DNA of 63,314 bases, the filler included. It is 3 parts of 3 records of this genome, joined end to end, with 100 filler letters (N's around TTAATTAATTAA, not from the genome) between each part and the next. Parts side by side here need not be neighbours in the genome. Positions count along the whole stretch, not along the records: positions 16,318 to 48,184 come from SRR31156797_1407; 2 more parts are not named here. The stretch is one strand, 5' to 3'. The first letter of the stretch is position 1. The number at the start of each line of letters is the position of its first letter. The notes below the pieces were generated by a model, which did not search any database, was not told the DNA's origin, and saw nothing but the letters and a program-made list of their open reading frames with translations. The translations under genes and the position numbers were made by a program. Below, in pieces: positions 28,948-38,774 of this stretch.

Positions 28948-31900
28948 TTATCCCTCACCTGTATTTTCATTGGTGGTATTATCACCAGTATTTGTATCTC
29001 CACTGCCAGCATCCACCGGCTCAACATCCAATGGGTCAAGGTAAACCTGCTTCAAGACATTCAAATCCGAAATAGCAGCTATTATCGCATCATAATCATT
29101 TCGTGCATTTATAAGCTGTCTCAGCGTACCAGATGCAGTGTCTATCTGCGTCGCATGGTTTTCATCCAGTTCTCCTCTGTGTTCAGACATTAAAAGTTCA
29201 ACATTTACAAGCAAACTCTCAGCAGAACTTACAGCATCATTCATCTTGTTGGTATTATCATACCATTCTTGTGTATGAACTGTACAGAAATATGCCGAAT
29301 ATGAAGGGTTATTATAATTCTCCTTAACTAATGCATCAGGATTATCCAGATACCTTACAGCAGCTTTAAAATACGTTACAAGCTGTGTATCATCAAGCTC
29401 ATTAATCAGTGAATCTTCCGGTACTATTAGTACCCCCTTGGTCTCAGTATTAGGACAGAAAGGAGTTGCTATCTTTCCTGTTTCAGTACAGATATTTACC
29501 AGTCTGTGCTGATTACATTCTTCGGTAGGCTGTGTTCCCGCCTGGAAATAATCCGTTACAGGCAATCTACCAGATGCATCATGATTACAGGCTTCCGTTG
29601 CAAGCATTCCTGATACAGAACAAACCTTTACCTTTACCAGTCCTAATTCACTTGGCGTAGTATCCAAAATCGATCTGTCTGAAAGCTGCTGATCCTCATG
29701 GATTTTCTCCATAAAGTCTTTCCAGATAGGTGCAGCATCAGCACCACCTTGTGCACTTCTGCTTAATGGTTCATATCCGTCATGCCCTACCCATACAGCT
29801 GCAGAATAGTAGGGAGTAAATCCTGCAAAGAAAACACCACGATAATCAGAGTTGGTTCCTGTCTTGCCTGCTACTGTCATATTATCAAAATTAGCTCTTT
29901 TACCTGTTCCGCTTGAAACAGCGTCCTCCAGCATATCTACCAAGAGCCATGAAGCACTTGGTGTAAATACCGGCTTTATTATCTGTGAACTGGATGATTC
30001 CAGCATAACATTGCCCTGAGTATCCTCTACCCTTGAGTATGCTACTGGTTCCATATATACACCATTATTGCCAATAGCACCAAAAGCTACTGACATATCA
30101 ATTGTTGTAACTCCTGAGGTTCCAAGAGCAAGACCTGATCCATCTTTGTTAAGATAATCTGGGTCAATTCCCAAATCAACCAATGTGTTAAATGATTCTT
30201 CAACGCCTACATAGTCAACTAATATTCTTGCAGCTGCCATATTAACAGAACGCCTTAGAGCAGTACGAACTGTAATCGGACCAGAATACGTTCCTGAATA
30301 GTTTGACGGATAGCCCTTTTCAGATATCCAGCCCTCAACTTCTACAGGCAAATCCATAATAACTGTTGCAGGGGAAATTCCGTTATTTAGTGCTGGTCCA
30401 TACACAGCAATAGGCTTGATAGATGAACCAACAGGCATCGGTGCCTGATATGCCCGGTTAAGTGCCTTGCGGACTGTAGGTTCCTGTCGTCCTCCAACTA
30501 TCGCCTTCAATTCTCCTGTTGAGAATTCAAAAACTGCTGCTGAAGCCTGTGGCTGAACAATTTCCTGAGTTGTTCCGTCATTATTTTTGACAAGCATTGT
30601 AGCATCAGATTTGTACATTGTAGACGGATAGCTGTCCCAATTATACAATGTATCCTGCACAGTCAGCTGCATATCCCTATCCACAGTTGTATATATGTGA
30701 TAGCCTTTTGTTCTTAATTCATTCTCCACTAAAGAGCGATTTGTACTGCTGACAGTCAAATTCCGATCATCAATTATATCCTCTACAACATCAGCTATTG
30801 CATATTCAAGGAAGTATGGCATATCGTACATCTGCTGCTTTTCATTTTCCTGCTTTATCTCAACAGTATCATTTAGTGCATCATTATATTCATCTTTTGT
30901 AATATACCCCGCCTGATACATTCTATACAGCACTGTATCAGTTCTATCATTTGACCTTTCTGGTGTATCCCATTTGTAATAGTTTGACCTTGGGTCATAT
31001 AGATATGGGCTCTTTGTAATTCCTGCTAGCATTGCACACTCACGCAGGGTAAGCTCACTCAGCTCCTTGCCGAAGTAGTCAATAGCAGCAGCCTTAACGC
31101 CATAGTTACCAGAACCTAGTGGAATCGTGTTCATATAGGACTCTAATATCTGGTCTTTTGTATACTCTTTCTCTAATTGGATTGCTAGGTATGCTTCCTG
31201 CAATTTTCTCTTATAAGTCTGTTCATAGCTTAATAACCTTAACTTAATTATCTGCTGTGTTATGGTAGAGCCACCCTGAGTAGTGTCAGTACGCAAATTG
31301 TTAAAGAATGCACCTACTATTCTCTTTGGGTCAACACCATTATGAGTGTAGAATCTCTCATCCTCTGTGGCAACGAATGCAGCCTGCAATGTATCTGGTA
31401 TCTCGCTGATTGGCGCATAAATTCTATTTTCTAATCCTGAAAATGTGGTAATCAGTGTTCCTTTGTCATCATAAATGAAGGATGTGGCTGACAAATTTTC
31501 AATCTTTGCCAAGTCAAGCACTGGTGTCGTATCTACATATGCATTTGCAATACCAAGAACAGCACCCAATCCAGTTACACCTACAAATATTATAAAAATT
31601 ACAAAAATAAATACAGCTGTCAATACAGAAGTAATAAGAAATGGTCTTTTTCGCTTTCTGCTCTTAAAAAATAATGACTTTGAATCTTGCTTTTTATGAC
31701 TTACTGGCTCTACTTCAGCATTTACGGATACATCAGGTCTAGACTGACTTGCAGTATCTTTTTGCTCAACCTTCTTAATTATTCTGGTGTCTCCGCCTTC
31801 GTACAGCTCAGGATTATTATCCTCATTTATTTCTTCAAATCTAGTATTTCTAGTATAAGTGACTCTTGCATCATTGTTAGGATTATGTTTCTTAGTATCT

Positions 31901-32055
31901 TCATTATCCTCGCCTCGCTTGCCACTTATCGCATTTTTGATAGAATTAAAATCTTTTTTAATCTGCTTCCCTAATAATAAAAAGAAGGATTTAATATCAT
32001 TAATGAGGCTTTTATTATTTTTATTATCATCATCATTGATATGATTATTGCTCAT
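28948..32055 (-). CDS. Class A penicillin-binding protein (PBP1A family)
   Basis: EDERFYTHNGVD, QGGSTITQQ and RKLQE (GT51); SSIK, SVN and KTGT (transpeptidase). Confidence 0.95.
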   Translation of the reverse strand: MSNNHINDDDNKNNKSLINDIKSFFLLLGKQIKKDFNSIKNAISGKRGEDNEDTKKHNPNNDARVTYTRNTRFEEINEDNNPELYEGGDTRIIKKVEQKDTASQSRPDVSVNAEVEPVSHKKQDSKSLFFKSRKRKRPFLITSVLTAVFIFVIFIIFVGVTGLGAVLGIANAYVDTTPVLDLAKIENLSATSFIYDDKGTLITTFSGLENRIYAPISEIPDTLQAAFVATEDERFYTHNGVDPKRIVGAFFNNLRTDTTQGGSTITQQIIKLRLLSYEQTYKRKLQEAYLAIQLEKEYTKDQILESYMNTIPLGSGNYGVKAAAIDYFGKELSELTLRECAMLAGITKSPYLYDPRSNYYKWDTPERSNDRTDTVLYRMYQAGYITKDEYNDALNDTVEIKQENEKQQMYDMPYFLEYAIADVVEDIIDDRNLTVSSTNRSLVENELRTKGYHIYTTVDRDMQLTVQDTLYNWDSYPSTMYKSDATMLVKNNDGTTQEIVQPQASAAVFEFSTGELKAIVGGRQEPTVRKALNRAYQAPMPVGSSIKPIAVYGPALNNGISPATVIMDLPVEVEGWISEKGYPSNYSGTYSGPITVRTALRRSVNMAAARILVDYVGVEESFNTLVDLGIDPDYLNKDGSGLALGTSGVTTIDMSVAFGAIGNNGVYMEPVAYSRVEDTQGNVMLESSSSQIIKPVFTPSASWLLVDMLEDAVSSGTGKRANFDNMTVAGKTGTNSDYRGVFFAGFTPYYSAAVWVGHDGYEPLSRSAQGGADAAPIWKDFMEKIHEDQQLSDRSILDTTPSELGLVKVKVCSVSGMLATEACNHDASGRLPVTDYFQAGTQPTEECNQHRLVNICTETGKIATPFCPNTETKGVLIVPEDSLINELDDTQLVTYFKAAVRYLDNPDALVKENYNNPSYSAYFCTVHTQEWYDNTNKMNDAVSSAESLLVNVELLMSEHRGELDENHATQIDTASGTLRQLINARNDYDAIIAAISDLNVLKQVYLDPLDVEPVDAGSGDTNTGDNTTNENTGEG

Positions 32056-32203
32056 TAGCTACTAACCTCCGGTATTGTTTCAGACATTATTTAATAGTAT
32101 ATACTATATGAGTATTTTTTTAAAGAAAATTATATGGTGAGATTTCAAAAGAAAAGCAAAATCTCATTACATCTTGCTAATAAATGTTAAATAAAAACTC
32201 AGT

Positions 32204-32872
32204 TTGGAGCAGAATATGAGAAATCGTCCGATCCTAAGAAAATTCACAATTTTTATTGCTATATTAATAATAACTATTCTTTTATGCTTTTCTTATTTTG
32301 AAAACAATATAAAGAATATAGTATACGATATGGCACAAGCACAGGTTACTGCTATGGCTACCACTGTGTTTAATAATGCAGTATCAGAAGTATTTCAGGA
32401 TGACCTTGACTATTCTATGCTTATCACAATAGTACGAAATAATGAAGGTGATATTGCAATGATAAATGCTGATGCTGTAAAGATGAATCAATTAGCTTCC
32501 CAGACATCCAGTCTGGCTCAGCAGAAGCTATCTACCCTCTCAGACAGCGGAATATATATTCCTATTGGTTCAATGTTCAATTCCCAGCTTCTATCTGGCA
32601 GGGGTCCAAAGATAAAGATCAAAATAATCCCTGTAGGTTCAGTCTCAACTCAGTTTGTAACAGAATTTCAGCACGCAGGAATTAATCAAACAAGACACAA
32701 AATATATCTGCTTGCCACTACAAATGTAAAAATAATCATACCAACATCATCATCTACAATAAAGGTTAATTCATATGTACCTATCTCTGAAAGCATAATA
32801 ATCGGAGAAGTTCCAGAAAGCTTTGTAATGGTAGAAGATGAGACTTTGATGAACTTAATCCCAGATCAATAA
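32204..32872 (+). CDS. yunB: Sporulation protein YunB
   Basis: N-terminal TM; IPIGS..GRGPKI, AGINQTRHKI and IIGEVP motifs; start may be ATG 32216. Confidence 0.9.
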   Translation: MEQNMRNRPILRKFTIFIAILIITILLCFSYFENNIKNIVYDMAQAQVTAMATTVFNNAVSEVFQDDLDYSMLITIVRNNEGDIAMINADAVKMNQLASQTSSLAQQKLSTLSDSGIYIPIGSMFNSQLLSGRGPKIKIKIIPVGSVSTQFVTEFQHAGINQTRHKIYLLATTNVKIIIPTSSSTIKVNSYVPISESIIIGEVPESFVMVEDETLMNLIPDQ

Positions 32873-32885
32873 TTAGTATTTAAAA

Positions 32886-34715
32886 TCACTTTATCTCATT
32901 TATCAAATAACTTGAGCCTTTTTTCTTTTTGGCTTCTCCTCTTAGCATTGCTATATACTCATATATGTCATCAGGATCACTGAATCTGGAAAATTTCCCG
33001 TAAACTCCAGCAATAGATAAACTAATTAGTGGTACTTTCTTGATGTTGCCATCCTTGTCCCGTGTTGATAGATATCCGTTTTTAATATCCTTTTCCTTGT
33101 AGAACTCAAGAATTCTCTTCTCGAACTCTTTATTTATATTTTCACAGGTGCTTATATATCCATCTAAATCACTATCAATAATAAAGACAAAGTCATCACC
33201 ACCCATGTGACCCACAAATGTAAATACCTTTGTATAAGATTTTACCGAATCCAGCAATATTTTTGCAAGCATCTTAATCACTTTATCGCCAATTCTAAAT
33301 CCATAAAGATTATTAAACCCCTTGAAATTGTCAATGTCTAAATAAAAAAATCCGTATTTGCAATCCTTCCTTAATATTTTCTTCAAATTTTTATCAACGG
33401 CAATATTTCCGGGCAAGGCTGTCAGCGGATTTAGTTCGATTGCTTTGTTTTTTTCATAATTAATAGTATAGTTTATAATCGATTTCATTGTAACAGTACC
33501 TAGATATTTAGACTTTCTTGTTACAATAATATCATTATATAACTGTTCTTCGTCTCGCCTAAGTGCCTGCTGGGCTGCAGAATAGACAGGTGTGAATTCA
33601 TCAAGTATAACAGTTCCAAAATCCATCAATCTTGTTATAGGCTTCTTACAGTACAATGAAAACCCATATCTTGTAGAAAGAAACGAATCAAAGTTGTCCT
33701 TTGCAACCAATCCTGCAGGCTTGTCCCCATCCATTACAACCAGAGTATTAGCCTTCGTTGTCTGAAAGTATTTACGTACATCTTCACATATCATGTGATT
33801 TTCAATAGTAGGTGTTTCATTAACTAAAGATTTAATATAGATATTATCTTCATAGCTTAGTCCTTGCTCTAAAATCTTATTGTAATAACTAACTATATCG
33901 TCCTTCACTACCTTACTTTCATCAGGTATACCATCTGTTAAATCACACAACAATTCACCCTGAACATAGTCTACACCCAGCATAATCACCGTTTTAAGCT
34001 GTTCAAATGTAGATATTCCCACGGCTATAGTCTTGACGAAATTATTATTGGCAATTTGAATAAATGAATTAACGACATTTTGCTTATACATATCAGAGTC
34101 AATATTTTCAATCAGTCGTCTGTCAAGTTTAACATATTTGGGTCTTGCCTGTGAAACATTTTTTTGCCCCATATGAATATTATAAACCATGTCTACAGCT
34201 ATACTGAACCCTAATGACTGATAATACTCTATAACATTAAAGAATTCCTTACTGTTCTCTTCAAGTCCTTTTTCAGACACCTGAATAATAACATTTTCCT
34301 GATTGACACCAAGTGCCCTAATCAAAGATTTAATGTAAGATTTACCGTCTTTTATATCATATATATTATGAGGATCAACATGTAAAAAGAGTTTCTTATT
34401 ATCAATATGACCAATTGCTTGTTTAAGAGCGTTTGTTTTTGACACTATTTCCAGGTCCCAGTTACGCTCTAATATATTAGCCATTTTCTGAAGTGACTCA
34501 AATGTACCAAAATGAGAGTCCTCTCCCCCTGCACTCCTAGCTTCATACCCAATAACATCGCCTGTCTTTAAATCATAGATGGATTGATAAAATGTCATAA
34601 GCTGCATATTATCAATTATACTGCAAAATTCTTTTATCCTCTCAATATGTGGCATTTTATATCCTAACTTGTAATGTCGTTTCCTGCCTTGTGTATATAT
34701 AATAAAATTATACAC
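32886..34715 (-). CDS. EAL(degenerate)-CBS-GGDEF domain protein
   Basis: YQSIYDL..GYEAR, YVKLDR, NPLTALPGN, DIDNFKGFN and GHMGGDDF motifs. Confidence 0.85.
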   Translation of the reverse strand: MYNFIIYTQGRKRHYKLGYKMPHIERIKEFCSIIDNMQLMTFYQSIYDLKTGDVIGYEARSAGGEDSHFGTFESLQKMANILERNWDLEIVSKTNALKQAIGHIDNKKLFLHVDPHNIYDIKDGKSYIKSLIRALGVNQENVIIQVSEKGLEENSKEFFNVIEYYQSLGFSIAVDMVYNIHMGQKNVSQARPKYVKLDRRLIENIDSDMYKQNVVNSFIQIANNNFVKTIAVGISTFEQLKTVIMLGVDYVQGELLCDLTDGIPDESKVVKDDIVSYYNKILEQGLSYEDNIYIKSLVNETPTIENHMICEDVRKYFQTTKANTLVVMDGDKPAGLVAKDNFDSFLSTRYGFSLYCKKPITRLMDFGTVILDEFTPVYSAAQQALRRDEEQLYNDIIVTRKSKYLGTVTMKSIINYTINYEKNKAIELNPLTALPGNIAVDKNLKKILRKDCKYGFFYLDIDNFKGFNNLYGFRIGDKVIKMLAKILLDSVKSYTKVFTFVGHMGGDDFVFIIDSDLDGYISTCENINKEFEKRILEFYKEKDIKNGYLSTRDKDGNIKKVPLISLSIAGVYGKFSRFSDPDDIYEYIAMLRGEAKKKKGSSYLINEIK

Positions 34716-34769
34716 ATTTTATGTAATATATATGTATATTAGGGATTATTGCCATGTTAACATATCATT

Positions 34770-35867
34770 TTATCTCCATTTGCTTAACCTTGGCTTTGCA
34801 ATCAAGTATATCAAACAAACGCCAATTATTATTAATGTACCGGAACGTCCGGGAGAATTAAAAAAGTTATTGTATACTCTTTGGTTAAATGAAGATGCAC
34901 TTATAGTAATAGGAATAATGTGCAAAAGAATATAACAGATTGCAGATGATAAAAATCCGTGAATTAACTTACCTGCCAAAAAAAGTTTCCTATTGTAAGG
35001 TAACTCCTTAGATACTGATATGCTCTGAAATACAGCTGATAATCCGCCAAATGAGATAATAAAGCAGATTAAACAGGCTGCGTAAATGGTCGGCAGCTTT
35101 GCAGCGTTCACACATCCGTCTACCATTTCTAATAAACCTCTTACCAAAACCTGAATATATAGATTTTCATCAGGAATCACTTTAAAGGATAATATTACAT
35201 CTGAAATCAACCTAAAAAAGCACAGTAGTCCAAATATTTTTGCCATTATTCTGGCAGTATTCATTATTGCTCTCTCTAATATATCAAATATATCCCTTGT
35301 TACTGGTAATTGATTTTGCTGTTTCGCCTTATTATTATTGCCTATATTATTATCTGAATCAATGGTATTTGCAATTAGGCTGGTAATCAAAGCTCCAAAA
35401 ATATGTGCAGCAAAAATAATTACTCCGATTTTATACGAACCCAGCATAATGATACCAACTGTAGCTAGTACATACATTGGACCGCAATTGGAGCATAAGA
35501 GCATAAGACTAAGATAATTGCCTCTTAGCATATTCTGATTGTACAATAGATTCAGCGACGATGCACCGACAGGATATCCGCCAACCAAGGATGCGGCATA
35601 AGCTCCCGATGCAGTATCATCAAACCCCATTAAACGAGTTATTATCCTCAAAGGAAAACCGATAACTTTTGCTCCATTCAGCATTATCAGCACCTGTGTA
35701 CAAAGAATAAAAGGAAAAAGCGACGGCAGCACTGTAAAAGAAAAAAGCAATAATGTGTCAGAAATTGCTTCAATAGATATTTGTGGTCGAATTAACATAT
35801 AAATAATAGTAATCGCAAAGAATAATATGTATAATATACTAAATGATGGTTTGATTTTCTTTAACAT
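34770..35867 (-). CDS. ylbJ: Sporulation integral membrane protein YlbJ-like
   Basis: VLPSLFPF, GGYPVGA, GLLEMVDG and FGGLSAVFQ motifs; divergent from a patatin gene as in ylbJ/ylbK. Confidence 0.8.
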   Translation of the reverse strand: MLKKIKPSFSILYILFFAITIIYMLIRPQISIEAISDTLLLFSFTVLPSLFPFILCTQVLIMLNGAKVIGFPLRIITRLMGFDDTASGAYAASLVGGYPVGASSLNLLYNQNMLRGNYLSLMLLCSNCGPMYVLATVGIIMLGSYKIGVIIFAAHIFGALITSLIANTIDSDNNIGNNNKAKQQNQLPVTRDIFDILERAIMNTARIMAKIFGLLCFFRLISDVILSFKVIPDENLYIQVLVRGLLEMVDGCVNAAKLPTIYAACLICFIISFGGLSAVFQSISVSKELPYNRKLFLAGKLIHGFLSSAICYILLHIIPITISASSFNQRVYNNFFNSPGRSGTLIIIGVCLIYLIAKPRLSKWR

Positions 35868-35897
35868 AACTAATTATATGAAAGGGTTTAATTCATT

Positions 35898-36698
35898 ATG
35901 AAAAAAAATATCAAGGTCGGTTTAGCTCTTTCCGGCGGTGCAATGAGGGGTCTCGCCCACATCGGAGCATTGGAAGTACTTGAAGAGAATAATATTCCTA
36001 TTCACATGATTGCAGGTACTTCAATGGGCTCTTTGGTAGGTGCATTATATGCATGCGGAAGAACTCCAGAATTCCTACGAGTATTTGCAGAGAGTATAAC
36101 GCAGGCAGATGAAAGAAAATATATTGATATTGTAGTGCCGAGAATGGGAATGATTCGAGGCAAGAAAATTGAACAACTAATTTATACACTATCCGGCGGA
36201 GCAAAAATAGAGGATTTGAAAATCCCATACAGAGCTGTAACATGCTGTGTGGAGGATAATCAAATCGTTGCTTTTGAAAAAGGTGATTTGACTAAGGCTA
36301 TCCGTGCCAGTATAGCTATCCCCGGAGTGTTTGAGCCGCTGATTTACAATGGTAAAACATATGTTGACGGCGGTGTACTGGAGAGAGTACCAGTAAATGT
36401 CGTCAAGGAAATGGGAGCTGATTTCATAATATCTGTAGATGTGAATTCCAGAGGCGGTACAAATTCTACACCAAATTCTCTTTTCGAACTGATGATAACT
36501 GTTTTCGAAATGATGGAATGGCAGGCTATGGAGAGCAGAGCTACTGCTGCAGATGTAAATATTCTTCCTGCTGTAAAACATATAAATCCTGCGTCTTTCA
36601 GACAGTCCAAGGAATGTATAGCCATAGGCAGAGCCGCTACTGAAGAAAAAATAGACGAGATAAAGCAGCAGCTGTCAATCTTCGGATATAGTTTCTAA
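35898..36698 (+). CDS. Patatin-like phospholipase (YlbK/RssA-like)
   Basis: SGGAMRG, GTSMG and DGG motifs. Confidence 0.92.
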   Translation: MKKNIKVGLALSGGAMRGLAHIGALEVLEENNIPIHMIAGTSMGSLVGALYACGRTPEFLRVFAESITQADERKYIDIVVPRMGMIRGKKIEQLIYTLSGGAKIEDLKIPYRAVTCCVEDNQIVAFEKGDLTKAIRASIAIPGVFEPLIYNGKTYVDGGVLERVPVNVVKEMGADFIISVDVNSRGGTNSTPNSLFELMITVFEMMEWQAMESRATAADVNILPAVKHINPASFRQSKECIAIGRAATEEKIDEIKQQLSIFGYSF

Positions 36699-36720
36699 GC
36701 AAGCATAATATAATTTATAA

Positions 36721-36769
36721 TATTTGGTATATAAGTAATCTATTTGGTATATGCAGTATGTGATATACT
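36721..36769 (+). promoter_or_regulatory. 12-bp direct repeat followed by an extended -10-like element
   Basis: TATTTGGTATAT at 36721 and 36741; TGATATACT at 36761-36769. Confidence 0.4.
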
Positions 36770-36895
36770 CAAATATATGAAGAATTAATCCAGTTAATTA
36801 GAAATATGGTTAAATTTATCACAATTTTGTGTTGTAATATACATATTTATATGCTAGTCTACAAATATAAAACATATAAAATAAGGAGATTAAAT

Positions 36896-37495
36896 ATGGA
36901 TTTAATGAATAGTATCCTAAATCAAGTATTATCAGGTGATAATATTTCACAACTAGCGGAAAAAACAGGCATTAGTGAAGATAAACTTCCAGCAGCAGTA
37001 GAAGCATCCCTACCAGCTATTATGGAGGGTTTAAATCAAAACTCTAATACAAAATCTGGAGCAGAAGCACTGGATAAGGCTCTGGACAGCCACGATGGTT
37101 CAATTCTGGAGTCATTGGCAGGCGGTGACCTTAGCAGCTTAAATTTATCTGATGGTGCAAAGATTCTTGGTCATATCTTCGGTGACACAGAAAGCGATGT
37201 AGAAAGCGAACTAGGAAACGAAGCAGGAATTACAAAAGGACAATCTTCTAGTTTGTTAAGCGCTATGGCTCCACTTGTGATGGGTGCATTAGGAAAAGAA
37301 AAGCAAGATAACAGCTTAGGTTCAATGGCTATGTCAGCATTGACAACTCAATTGGTTTCATCATTCCTAAGTGATGACAGCAACAGTAGCAGTCAAAGCA
37401 GTGGTCTTATGAGCCTTATTACAGGCGTACTTGGCGGAGCTGCACAAGACTCTGACGACAGTATCATTGATGATATTCTGGGTTCATTGTTCTGA
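36896..37495 (+). CDS. DUF937 family protein
   Basis: GAEALDKALDSHDGSIL, DGAKILGHIFG and APLVMGALGK motifs; AAGGAG RBS before ATG 36896. Confidence 0.85.
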   Translation: MDLMNSILNQVLSGDNISQLAEKTGISEDKLPAAVEASLPAIMEGLNQNSNTKSGAEALDKALDSHDGSILESLAGGDLSSLNLSDGAKILGHIFGDTESDVESELGNEAGITKGQSSSLLSAMAPLVMGALGKEKQDNSLGSMAMSALTTQLVSSFLSDDSNSSSQSSGLMSLITGVLGGAAQDSDDSIIDDILGSLF

Positions 37496-37519
37496 TTCTT
37501 TACAAATAATTGTTTAAAA

Positions 37520-37554
37520 AATGGGTGTCCTTTATGCGCTAAAGGGCACCCATT
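37520..37554. terminator. Bidirectional terminator
   Basis: AATGGGTGTCCTTTA / TAAAGGGCACCCATT stem between convergent genes. Confidence 0.75.
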
Positions 37555-37598
37555 GATTTTATTATAAGACATTGTGAATACACTTTGTTTGATACATT

Positions 37599-38462
37599 TT
37601 ACAAATGCTTATACTTTCTGTCCGGCAATATCCCCATATGCTTTTTATACAGCCTATAGAAATTTGACATATTATTAAAACCACATTCTGCAGCGATTTC
37701 AAGCATAGTCATATCTGTTGTTTTCATTAGCTCATTTACTTTTTTCAAGCGTAAATCAGTAACATAATCAATAAAGCTCTTATTGGCTACTTTTTTAAAA
37801 TATGTACAAAAATAACTATTACTCATAAATACAGATTTCGCTACTTCATTCAATGTAATTTTCTCTGTATAATGTTCATTAATATAGTCAAAGGCTTTCA
37901 TTATCCTCTTCATGTTATTCTTTTTATCAGCAAGAGTATCTTCGATATTTGCAATTGTACTATTTTTTTGATAAAGCCTGATTAGAAATGTTAGGATTTT
38001 CATAACATCTGCAGTAATCAGCAGCTGATAACCTTGTGATTTCTGATGATACTCTTTAAATATTTCTTTCATCATCAAAGCTATCTTTTGGCACAAAGGT
38101 TCGTTACTGTCTATTTTATTTTTAAAATTGCTACCACGTTTAATAAAAGGAAACAAATAATCACTATTTAAACTTGATACTAAATCTATAGGAAAAACCA
38201 TAACCAGCAATTGCATATAATCGCTGTGAACCTGCCATCCATGAGGTTCAACATTATTAAAGATAATCAAATCGCCTGAACTCATGTCATACTGCTTGCC
38301 ATTAACAAAATAATTGCCTTTACCTTCTTGTACATAAGTAATTTCACAAAAATCATGCCAGTGAAAAGTATCTATACGGTTATCTGCTTTACTTACCTGA
38401 ATATTATGAATTTCAAACGGAAAATCCGAATCAAATATTTTTATATCCCTATATATATGCAA
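37599..38462 (-). CDS. AraC-family regulator with cupin sensor
   Basis: HWHDFCEI...EPHG cupin; CGFNNMSNFYRLYKK HTH. Confidence 0.9.
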   Translation of the reverse strand: MHIYRDIKIFDSDFPFEIHNIQVSKADNRIDTFHWHDFCEITYVQEGKGNYFVNGKQYDMSSGDLIIFNNVEPHGWQVHSDYMQLLVMVFPIDLVSSLNSDYLFPFIKRGSNFKNKIDSNEPLCQKIALMMKEIFKEYHQKSQGYQLLITADVMKILTFLIRLYQKNSTIANIEDTLADKKNNMKRIMKAFDYINEHYTEKITLNEVAKSVFMSNSYFCTYFKKVANKSFIDYVTDLRLKKVNELMKTTDMTMLEIAAECGFNNMSNFYRLYKKHMGILPDRKYKHL

Positions 38463-38492
38463 GTTACAGCCTCGTTTTCCAGCTCCGCGCTC

Positions 38493-38774
38493 CTATTTAT
38501 TAATAAGCTTTTCTACCTTATCTAGTTCTTCAAGGTAATCCTTATGAACTCCCATTCGAAAAAAAGTATCACCTTGAATCCCCTTAATCAAATAATGCTC
38601 TGACTCTATTTTGAAAAAAGGCTTGGATAACATTTGCAGATATACAAACGAACCAAGTGGCTTAAGAGTAAGGATAAACTCTTTCTGTATAGGCTCATCT
38701 AAATGAAAATCGTAAGCATACCATCCTGCTTCAGTACACTCTTGCTTAGACAGAGTTCTTTCTAATATTTTCAT
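38493..38774 (-). CDS. Hypothetical protein (93 aa)
   Basis: ATG directly abuts the desulfurase stop codon, suggesting translational coupling. Confidence 0.75.
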   Translation of the reverse strand: MKILERTLSKQECTEAGWYAYDFHLDEPIQKEFILTLKPLGSFVYLQMLSKPFFKIESEHYLIKGIQGDTFFRMGVHKDYLEELDKVEKLINK

